DNA of 64,000 nucleotides from the IMG/VR virus record IMGVR_UViG_3300001041_000009, positions 1-64,000 of that record; one strand, written 5' to 3'. Below are positions 27,324 through 38,500 of the stretch, in pieces. Made by a program: the position numbers and the translations under genes. The notes beneath the pieces are model-generated. The model was not told the DNA's origin. It saw only the letters and a program-made list of their open reading frames with translations, and searched no databases. How positions within the stretch are numbered: position 1 is the first letter of the stretch; every line of letters starts with the position of its first letter. This stretch comes from an uncultured virus (IMG/VR IMGVR_UViG_3300001041_000009). Taxonomy: Duplodnaviria; Heunggongvirae; Uroviricota; Caudoviricetes.

Positions 27324-27728
27324 ATGACATATTATCAGTTTCCAACATATGAAGATAGACTAAATGCTCATAATTTAATTATTCGTCATGCTAATGCTAA
27401 AGGTGAATTTAGTCGGGTCGTCATGATGATTGAACTGGCTAAAATCATTACTAAATATAACCTAACTACTATACCGATATTCAATTATTCAATTCACATA
27501 CTTGGATATTCTAATCTTATACCTATTATTTCTATCATAAATACCAGGTTAAGTGATGATTGTCCAGATTGTAAAGCAGGTTCAGAATCTGCAAGTTATT
27601 TCAGAACTGAAAGAGAAAATCATAATGAAATTTTTGACGTTATTAGTATAGTCTGTCTTAATTGTGGATGTGTTTACAGTGCTAAGGCATCTAATGGGCG
27701 GACTAATATTAATAAGTTAATGAAGTAA
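27324..27728 (+). CDS. zinc-ribbon-containing hypothetical protein
   Basis: CPDC...CLNC pairs. Confidence 0.7.
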   Translation: MTYYQFPTYEDRLNAHNLIIRHANAKGEFSRVVMMIELAKIITKYNLTTIPIFNYSIHILGYSNLIPIISIINTRLSDDCPDCKAGSESASYFRTERENHNEIFDVISIVCLNCGCVYSAKASNGRTNINKLMK

Positions 27729-27746
27729 ATAGAGAAAGAGGAGAGT

Positions 27747-29060
27747 GTGTTTAACATGGCTAATTTTGAAGTGGGTAAATGTTATCAACATGAAAGCGGA
27801 ATTGAGACTAAAGCAGTTGAGGTAGTTCAGAGTACAGCATTTGGTGCAAAACTTCTTTGTAGAGCTGGCACTGGAGCTTTGATTATGATTGGTAAAGACG
27901 ACCCGGCATATACCGAAGGTTGGGTTGAAATAACCGAGACAGAACACAATAAGCATAAAAAGATCTATGAAGCTATGGCTATTATGTCCGATAAGTATCT
28001 TGAGTGGGATCTTGATCAAATTTTGGAGGTCGGGGAATTTTTAACCAATGTTATCTCCGACGATGACGATGATGATCCGTGTGATGAATTGGGATGTATT
28101 GGTTCAGATTGTGAACACTATGGTGTTGATGATATGGAGGAGTGTCAAACCCCAGATAATCTTAATGGGAAAATACAGATGGGTAGACCATCTATGGTCA
28201 TAGAACTTTTTAATGTTAATTCTCTCCAACGATTAAAAGTTGAGAATGAGTTAATACCTCTTATAGATAAGAAGTTTTGTGAATTCATGGAAGGTTTATG
28301 CGATAAGACTAATGCCGGTGTCCTGGATTTAAAACATCGAGAATATCATTGTATTAGTACTTCAATTCCTAAATCCCAGAAAGATCCTCTAGAAAAGGAT
28401 CTGAGTAAACTTCTAGAAATGGACATTACCTCGGTATTTCCAGATTTTGAATTATCGGATAGTAGTATTGATAAATTGAAGATCACTGGGAAGTTCAACG
28501 AACTTAAATACGCTTTTGAGTGTTTGAGTAAAGCAATGGATGTATTTATTCAAACCCCAAATTATGCCGTAACTGAGTTAAGTGATGGGGTTAATAACAT
28601 TCCCGTAATGGACCGAGTTACTGATACCGATATTGATGCAAGTTGTCTGAGCGACGTGGTTAGATCTAGGCCTGGATCTGTTATCACGGATAATGATTTC
28701 AAACGGAGAGACGAAGCATTTGTAGAAAGATGCTTTCCTGGTGAAATGGGTATAATTGATTCTATTAGTATTGATAAAGGCAGTATGAAGCCCTCAACTC
28801 CAGAGAATGAATTACCTAATATCAAACAACCGGAACGCTTTGAGATAGGTAAATATTATCGTCATACTTCAGGTGTAGATATTCATATTATAAAACTTGC
28901 GGATATATCAACACATGGACTTGGGGTTCTTGAAGTGGCAAGTTATAACCCAAACGATTCTAATCATATAGGTGTGGGTCGTGTACTTGTTAATTCTACT
29001 GGTAATTATACTGAGATAACCCAAGACGAATGGACAAAAAACTTACAAGGGAGTAGATAA
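27747..29060 (+). CDS. acidic hypothetical protein with a duplicated terminal domain
   Basis: FEVGKCYQHESG...WVEITETE at the N-terminus and FEIGKYYRHTSG...YTEITQDE at the C-terminus. Confidence 0.75.
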   Translation: MFNMANFEVGKCYQHESGIETKAVEVVQSTAFGAKLLCRAGTGALIMIGKDDPAYTEGWVEITETEHNKHKKIYEAMAIMSDKYLEWDLDQILEVGEFLTNVISDDDDDDPCDELGCIGSDCEHYGVDDMEECQTPDNLNGKIQMGRPSMVIELFNVNSLQRLKVENELIPLIDKKFCEFMEGLCDKTNAGVLDLKHREYHCISTSIPKSQKDPLEKDLSKLLEMDITSVFPDFELSDSSIDKLKITGKFNELKYAFECLSKAMDVFIQTPNYAVTELSDGVNNIPVMDRVTDTDIDASCLSDVVRSRPGSVITDNDFKRRDEAFVERCFPGEMGIIDSISIDKGSMKPSTPENELPNIKQPERFEIGKYYRHTSGVDIHIIKLADISTHGLGVLEVASYNPNDSNHIGVGRVLVNSTGNYTEITQDEWTKNLQGSR

Positions 29061-29064
29061 CAGA

Positions 29065-29370
29065 ATGTATATGTTGGTTGAAGAAAAAAATACGCAGAGA
29101 CATATTAGGAAAATTGATGAGGTTATTACTAAGACATTAAACGTGAGAGCTGTGTTATCTGAAGATTTACATGTTGAATTAGTTACCACATGGATACAAA
29201 CTCATGGTAAACAACATCGGGTTAAAGTTAAATCTGGCCAGATGCGAGTAGATGATACTTATACATTTCAAATTGAATGTACCGGTACTGTTACACACAT
29301 CAGAAGTTATAAAATGATGATAGCTAGTCTAGTTGCCAGTTATTCAAAACAATTTGAATTTAGTGAATAG
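29065..29370 (+). CDS. hypothetical protein
   Basis: 101-aa ORF followed by a hairpin terminator at about 29383-29420. Confidence 0.7.
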   Translation: MYMLVEEKNTQRHIRKIDEVITKTLNVRAVLSEDLHVELVTTWIQTHGKQHRVKVKSGQMRVDDTYTFQIECTGTVTHIRSYKMMIASLVASYSKQFEFSE

Positions 29371-29500
29371 TGTAATCTATTTAAATATACAGAGCATCTT
29401 TTTGATGCTCTGTATATTTTTTTGTCTTTTTAACAAACCTTATTTTTTTATAGTAAAACATTTATCTAAGACTATATGTATTATGAAAGGAGATGAAAGT

Positions 29501-32500
29501 ATGATTGATAAAAGTAAGAAAGGATCAGTTAAAGTTAAAACTCCAAGTGCAATGTCTTGGTTTAAAAATGTTGGTAAATCATTAGGCTATACATCTATGG
29601 ATCTTGTAAATGAAATGATGCCAGCAACTATTGATTTCACTACATCTAATGTAGAAACTGTAAAGGAATTATATACAGATTTACGCAGAATGAAATCTCA
29701 AGGTAAACGTGTCGTTGATGAAATTATCGGTAGTGAATATGCTGATATAGCAAGATCATCAATACAAAATGCTATGAAGGATATTAAATCAGGTAAGATA
29801 TATAATAAGGATCGTCAAGATAAGGTATTCCAAGATGGTGACGATGAATTTGGAATGAGTGATTTTAACTTTGATGAATCCGATGATACATCATCTAAGC
29901 AACAACCAATTCATATTAATAATATAGAAGGTAATATAAATAAGAATAATCCCATGGTTAAAGCTGTAGATAGACAAACTCAAGCTATGTTGTCAACAGC
30001 TCAGGTAACAAATGATTTAGGTGTATCATTAGCTACCACCACATTATTATCTAATAAAAAAATAGGTACTGGTATAATGCAGGGATTGAATGGGATTAAT
30101 AATAACTTAGCTTTATTAGTTAACTTCCAGAGTGAATCTATGACAAAATATATATCAGCATCTTTAGTCTATTACGAACAAAATCTAAAAGTATTAGGAG
30201 ATACTTTACTTGAGATTCAAAAGTCTTCACCTAAACCTACTGAACCAGGTAAGAGGAAAGACGATCCTTTAGATATGGCTTTATTATCTAAAGGAGGTTT
30301 GAATCTTAAAGGTTATGGTAATATGGTATGGAAACAAGTTGGAAATGCTATTGATTCTAATATGTTTTTATCACCAATAAAAAGTATGTTGCAGGATAAA
30401 GATACTTTAAAATTCCTTGCGGCCTCACCCTTAAGTTTTATTTCAACTAAAATAGTTACAGCTTTAATACCAAATATGCTTAAGTCAGCGATGACAGATA
30501 TGGATAAGTCCTTTCAGGGATTTTTCCCAGCCATGCTAATGAAAATTAACAGACTAGCTTATAAATCTGATAATCCTATAATGCAATTATTTGGTCAGGT
30601 GTTTGGAGCTAATGTTAAAACAAAATCATCTGTAGATATGTCTAAGTTTAATAAAGGGCCAGTTCCTTTTGATGGGTATGTTAAGAAATCAATAACTGAT
30701 GTTATACCAACATATTTAAGAAAAATACTCTCTGCTTTAACAGGTAAAGAAGAGATGGGTTTCGATTATGATAAGGGAACATTTGGATCAGTTTATCAAA
30801 TGAAAAAAGATTTTGATGATCAGAAAGAAAGAACTGTTCTAAATCAATTTAGTGATGCTATTAGTGAAATAAAAGATAGAGCTAATTCATTTTATATTGA
30901 AGATGGTGTGGAACGTAATAAATTTTATAAAGATATAGATAGTTTCTTTATAAACCTTGCAAAATCTAATTATCTTGTAAATCCAACTAGTACTAAAGAT
31001 AAAAATGGTAATGCCGTTGATGAACTAGCTGATGTATTTAAATTTAAAGGGGATCAGCAGAAATTCTTTAGACAATTGATTCTATCTCTACCTAAGAATA
31101 TGCAATCACAGATGTTTGGTATGGGCGTAATTAATGCCCGTAGAGAACAAAACAGATTCATGATGGATGCCGAGGAGAATCCTTTAAAGAATAATGCTAA
31201 TAATATATTTAATGAAGCTGGAATAGATGGTCATCTTACTCGCGATACTAAAGATCCAAGTAAGTTTAAACTAAAAAAAGGCGGAGGGTTATTGCCATCC
31301 GATGCATATGATCTTAACAGTTTAGATTATTTACGTGATATTAAAAAAATATTACTTAAAGGCATAATAGTATTTCCAAATCAGTCAACTAATACAGATC
31401 CTCTTTCACCATTCGTTCCACCGACTCATAGTAGTAGTGGATTAAAGAGAATGAAACAAAGAGAAGATATTATAAAAGAAAGAAATCGAAAGAATAATAC
31501 AATCACACCATCAACTGAAACTCAAATTGGTCAGAGAATGAATCATGGTCAAAGAACAATAGATTCACTTTCAGATTCGGGTCTAGGAGAAGGAGATTTT
31601 CAAGCTCAAATTGGAACATATGTGAGTGAAAGAGATAAAGTTCCTGGACCAAATCAAGGTAATAATATATTCAAATGGGCAGGTAAATTCTTTAAAGGTG
31701 ACGCTCAAGAAAGATATAATATGATTAGAGAGAAAGTCAATGATTTATTTCAGGCACCAGTTAAATTATTATCAGGTGTATTTAAGAAGATAGATTTAAC
31801 CATGTATGAAATGGTGTTTGGTAAACAAGGAACTGATGAGAACACTTCATTTTTTTCTAAGACTTTATCATTAATGAAAACTAAATTTGAAACATTTTCT
31901 ACATGGATGAAGACAGAGATATTTCTCCCGATTAAAGATGCTCTCTTTGGAAAAGATGGATTTATAACTAAATTGAAAAATAGTGAAATGGTTAATACAG
32001 CTAAAGGTAAACTCTCTAAATTAGCCAATTATCTATTTGGAGATCCGGGTGGAGCTAATGGGGCAAGAGAAAATGGTGTATTCTCCCAAACTGCAAATTC
32101 ATTAATGGATATCTGGGATGGGGCTAAATATTATTTCACTGGTAAAGGTTATACTAATAGAGCTGGTGATAAATTCTCAGATAATAATTCTAGTGTTTTC
32201 GGTGAATTGAAATCGATGTTTAAAGACTTTAAAGGAAATTTAAAAGAATATTTATTTGGCAAGAAAGATACTAATGATCCTACTAATAATACTAAAGGTG
32301 TTTTTTCTGGAATTGTTAGTAGTATTGGTAAAGGTTTCCAAAACTTTAGTGATGCTATGTTTGGACCAAAACGAATTGGTGGTAAAGATAATCAGAATCA
32401 TATTGTCATGGATGAACTATTTAAAAATATTAAAAAGAAGGCACCAAAGTCATTAGCTTATGGTTTATTAGGTGGAACTGCTGGTTTATTATTTGGAGGT

Positions 32501-35500
32501 AAATTAGGTTTACTAGGCTCGTTATTATTACCAGGTGGCCCTATTGGTGGGGCTGTAGTCGCGACTACTATGGGATTCTTATCCCAATCAGATAGATTTA
32601 ATAATTGGTTGTTTGGTCCTAAGGATATTAATGGAACTCGAATTGGTGGTTTTGTTAGTAAAAAAACAACTGATTTTTTAAAGAAGAATAAGGTTGGTAT
32701 AATTGGTGGAGCTAGTATGGGAGCCGCTAAATCATTATTAACTAGCTTCGGCTTATTACCATCATTTTTCTTACCTGGAGGAATTGTCGGTGGGGCTATA
32801 TTAGGGGTTGGCACATCTTTATTAGTACGATCCGAACGTTTTCAAAAGGCGATGTTTGGTGAGAAAGATGCTGATGGAAAAAGACAAGGTGGAGTTGTAG
32901 ACAAATTATTTGGTCAATTTAGAAAAGGAAAGAATAAAAATTTATTTGGTAATATGGGAGCTGGTGCGGCTGGTGGAGCCGCACTTGGTATGATTACAAG
33001 TAAATTTGGTTTAATGGGTGCGATGCTATTACCTGGTGGTCCTATTGGTGGAGCATTATTAGGTGCCGCCGCAGGTATTGCATTATCTTCAGATAAATGG
33101 AGAAAGGCTTTGTTTGGTGAATTCGATGCTGATACACAATTAAGAAAAGGAGGACTTTTCGGGAAATTTATTAACTGGACAAAGTTAGAAGTATTAGCTC
33201 CTTTAAAATTAAAATTCGGAGAGATAAACCTTAATATACAAAAATGGTTTGGGGAGAGTATTGCTAATCCATTCTTAAATGCAATAGATCCTTTAAAACA
33301 TGAAATGACTCTTATGATTAGGAGCTTAAAAGATACTTTTGTTCAGGGTTGGAAAAACTTTCAAACATTCTTAGGGACTTCCTTTGAGAAATTTGTTGGT
33401 AAACCTTTTGGACAATTTATGAATGATAATGTTATGAAACCTTTGAAAAGTTTCTTATCAACACTTCTTAATGGTATTGGTAGAATATTTGGGCCATTAT
33501 TGTCAGCACCACTTAGAGCTATGGAAGGTTTATCTGAAGGATTAATGGCTCGACATAAAGAGCAAGGTGTTGCGGCTTATCGTAAGAAAAGAGGTTTCTG
33601 GGGTTCAGTTAAAGACAGTATATTCAATAGACAAGCTATTGAAGATGCTAGGAATAGTTCTGAAGGAGCACCTTATGCTAAGGAATTAGAGATTGCTAAA
33701 GCTAAACGAGCATCCGATACTGCAGCTAAATATAATGAGAAGAAAGCTATATTGGATGCTAAGTGGGATAAACTTAATAGAAGACGTGGTGTTGGTTCTG
33801 ATAACGATTATGATAATTTTGATAGAAATGGTAACGTAATAGTTGATGTATATAGAACTCATGGTAGTGAAGGAAATCCTATTGAATCGGCTAATACTAG
33901 AATAGCTGAAGCTAACAATATGTCAAATCCAAATCAATCAAATAAGTCTACATTTCCCGTTGTTAGTTTAGATGATTATAGGCAATCGAAAAGTTCTAAT
34001 ATACCAACAACTCAAAGTGGACCAACTCAATCAAGACCCACTCTTCAATTAGTTCCACCAATTAATAACTCTCAACAGGATAATGGACCAACTCCTATAA
34101 TGGATAATTCTTCAAATAAAACAAATACAACTACTTTAGCACCTCAAGTTAGTAAATCTGGTAAGACGTCTACATTAGAATTTAAACCTCAAATTATGAA
34201 TGATATGGCCAGCGATATTAAGATTATTGCTCAAGAAGTAAAAGGTCAATTAGATGGTGTTGGTAGTAATGTATTTAAAATAAGAAAATTATTACAACAA
34301 CAAAGTGGTATAGGAGATGAAGATCTATCCGGTAGTTCTAATAGGGATAGAATTGGTTTCTTAGGTAAAATAAAAAGAGCTTTATATAAACCTTTTGACA
34401 CAGCTAAAGAATTATTGATGAAACCAATTAGATATGTTGGAGATAAATTATCAACTCTTGGTACTACAATTGTAAGTGTAGGTAAAGCAATTGTAAAAAT
34501 TCCTGTCGATATAGCTAAGGGGATGTGGAATTTTAGTAAAGAAGTATTAAATATTGGTAAAGAAACATTATTGGCTTTAGTTAAATTACCATTAGCTATA
34601 GTAAAAACTGTTGGATTTGCATTACAAACGGTCGCTGAATCATTAAAGATTGTGGGACCTGCCATTGGTGAATCATTAAAAGGTGTCGCTAAATTATTCA
34701 GTGGTACATTAGGTTTAGTATCACATTCACTAATCGGTTTCGGTAAAGGCCTTGGAGAAATACTTCTCGGTGTTGGACAAGGTTTAGGTATGATAACAAA
34801 AGGTATTGGTGAAGCTGTTGGTAAAGCTATATCTGGTACTGTAGGTGCACTATTCAAAATGGTTCCTATGGTAACTGACTTTATGTTTAAATCGGCAAGT
34901 GCTATAACAGATTTCACATTTAATGTAGTCACATCAGTAGGTCAGAAATTACTTTCTATTGGTGATAGTTTATTTGAAATTGTAACATCACCTATTAAGT
35001 TCTTAGCTGGTTCTATTGGTAAAATGGCTGGGTGGAAAAGTGAGGTTATTATAGCCGGGGGTTCTTTAGATTTAGTTAAAGAAGTTAGGGTAATGCAGAT
35101 TAATGGAAGTGCAAGAACTTTAGCTCCTACAGGAACTGATGGAGTAACCCATTCAGGGAATTTAACTCCAATGCCAGTACGAATAGTTTCATCGGATACA
35201 TTACCAGTTAGATTAGTATCAACCACTCCATCTCCAAACTCAGGTTCATCAACAAGAGGAAAAGTACTTCCCTTCCGTTCTATATCTAATGGGATGGATC
35301 AAATTACAAACTCAATGCTCGGTGCAATGAATATTTTTGATACTAAAGAAGATAAAGAGGATGCTGCCAGAGCTGAAGAAGCTGCACAAGAAGCTGAGTT
35401 GAATGCTGACCAGAAACAAGTATCCAGAAGAACCGCTTCTTTTACTATAGCTCAAAATCAAGCCAGAGAGGATAGAGAATTTACTCAGAATAGTCAGATT

Positions 35501-38500
35501 CAAGAGGTATCTTTATTAAGCAATATTGCTGGCCTTATTAAAGGCCAACGAGCAGATTGGTTAGGAATATTTGGTAAGGCTGGTTTAATCACAACAGCCG
35601 CATTAATGGCATTACCATATTTAAAGAAGTTATTTAATTGGTTTATAGGTAAAACTGATTCCCCAACCGATGGTGATCACAGTGATACCTATGGTAATCC
35701 GATAACAGATATGGATACTGCCGAGCATGTTGGTAAAGGACTCGTATATGGCACCAGACTTTTAAATAAGAAACTTGTGGAACCTATGGTAGCTGGTGGG
35801 CGTAAAATGATTAAAACTGGCACCAAAGTAGTAAATCCAATAGTTAATACAGGTAAAAAAGTATTGACTAAAATATTAGGGAAACCCTCTTCTGTTGTAA
35901 AAGAATCCGGTCTAGCTGTTATAGAGGATTCGACTAAAATGGCCAATGATGTTAAAGGGTCACAGATAGCTAAAATTCAAAAAACTATTCAAGAAATGAT
36001 GTCAAAATTATTTGCATATCTTGGGGAGAAATGCCCACAAGCTAAAAAAGGTTTTGGGGCAATAAGCGCAACTGTAACTAAGGTATTCACGAAAGAGGTT
36101 CTTGGAAAGACACTTCCTAAATGGTTAGCTGGTACTGCTCGTTTAGCAGGATCTGCAGCAACATTAGGCTTACTTGATGCTACTTGGGTAACATATGGTC
36201 TTGTAACTGGGTGGTTTGAGGCGTCTCATTTGTTCAGAGTACACCCAGAGCAGACTGATTATATGATGAAGAGTATTTCATCTGCTATGAAGGGGATGTT
36301 AAATTTTAGTTGGTTCTTCTTGATCAATATAGCAAACGATGTATTTGTCAGTGCTACCCAAGGAAATACGATAGCCTCATCAATAACTGGAGGAACAGGC
36401 TTTCTGGAAATGATTGCTAATTATTTATATGCAGCATGGGCTGGTGACGATAAAGGAATTAAATTAGAAAATAATCAAGGTGCCTTTAAAAAGGAATTGG
36501 AAGAATATAATATCGAAAATAATAAAAATTTAACTCCAGATGAATATAATGCCTTAACAAATCCAACTATTGCCGATAAAGTTGTCGGTGGAATTAAAAA
36601 TGGAGCTAGTTACGTTGGTGGGAAGATTTCTCAGGGAGCTAGTTATGTAGGCAATGGTATTGTTAACAATACTAAATGGGTCGCCAATAATATGCCAATA
36701 GTTGGTGATTTTATAAATAACGATACCGTTAAAAAGAATCTCAATGTTACGGGTAATGGAACTATATCTACTGGAATGAGAATAGCCTCAGGAATATCGG
36801 GTGGGCTGGAAAGTGCATCATTGGGTATACTAGATTCTGAAAAGACTGCAAAAACTATATATGGGATTGGAGTTACGGCAAATAACTTTATAGATACATT
36901 AGGTATTAATTTAGGTAAGACCAGTGAAAAGATTAGTACTGAAACGAGCACAAAACTAGATTCGATAACTGGATCATTTAGAGATACTTGGGCTGTTATG
37001 ACGTCAATTGTTGATGAAAAAGTGGCTGAGATTAAAAAAGATGTTGGTGAAAAAGTCGATTTGATTTCAGGGTCATTTAGAGATACTTGGTCCGTTATGA
37101 CGTCAATTGTTGATGAAAAAGTGGCCGGAATTAAAAAGGATATTAATGAGAAAACAGAACCTATAGTTAAGGCTTTTAGAGATACTTGGGTTGTTATCTC
37201 AGGATATGTGGATGATGCTATTACACCAATAAAATCATTCTTTAAAAATATTGCTGATGGTATGAAAAATACTTTTGGTAAAATTGGAGATAAAGTAAAG
37301 AATGGTTGGAATTCGGTTGTAAACCTCTTCAATGGAAATGCCGATCTTGAGCTTAAAGATGCGAACTTCAGTACCAATACTACATCTAATGTTCGTCGAG
37401 GTGGTATGGGTGGATTTAATGGTGGTTTTGGAGAAGCCCCATCGACTGTTAATAACTTCTCATATTATTCCCAAGCCGATGATCGTTGGGCTAATGTTCC
37501 TTATGATTATAGTCCAGGAAAAGGACACTCACCTAATCCAGCAATGGAAAAACGTGGTTGTGGGCCAACATCAGCCGCGATGGTTGTATCTCAATTAACT
37601 GGTAAGCAATATACTCCAGTTCAAATGGCTAAGATCGCACAAGAAGATGGGTATAGTACGAATCAAGGAACTAGTTGGGGATATTTTAATGATATAGCAA
37701 AGAAGTTTAGTATGCAAACAACACAGATCGATCCATCTTCAAATAAAGGAACTGTTAGAAATTGGTTAGATAATGGTGTGCCTATAGTATTATCTGGAAT
37801 TCGACCCGGATCGTCAGCTTCAGAAAATTCACCATTTACTTCAGCCGGACATTTTGTAGTAGCTGTTGGTAATGATGGTCCTAATAAGGTTATGATTAAC
37901 GACCCAAGAGGAGAAAAATATTCACATTCATATAATATGAACACTGTAATGAATGAGGCTAAACAAGCATGGGGCTTTAAATATGGTGGTGGACCTATCC
38001 CTACACCAAGTACAGATACACCGAGTTCTAGCCCATCTGTTGCAAAAAAAGAAGGACCATTTTCAGGTGAAGATTTATTTAGTAAATTGAGTGAGTTAAT
38101 GGGTATATATACTGAGAATGCCTTCTTTGGAAGAAATGATCAATTATCTTGGGGAACTGATGATACGGGTTCACCTATACAAGCACCATCTAGTACAGCA
38201 GGTATTGATTTTATACCAAAGAATTTACAAGATGCTATATTGAAGAAAACTGCTGAAGAAACTATTAAGCATGAATCTAATGGAAACTATACTTTTGCTA
38301 AGAATGACATAAATGGAAGTACAGGACAATCTATATCACCATCCATTGGAGCTTTACAATGGAGAGGTGGATACGCTAAACAACTTATGCAAAATATGGC
38401 GGCAAAATTACCTGGTAACAGTGAAGCTAATTATTTTGCTAATAAAGTTAATTGGAATAGTAATTCTCCTTGGTCTAATTCGGAACAAACTAGATTGCAA

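Noticed and set aside
29333..29500. N-terminal 56 aa of the 3332-aa ORF
   Set aside because: It overlaps the previous gene, a terminator and the late promoter; the ATG at 29501 has the RBS
31750..37944. Minus-strand ORFs inside the tape-measure gene (e.g. 34246..34932, 36643..37377)
   Set aside because: Antisense shadows of a biased coding strand, with no RBS or promoter motif and no recognisable domains
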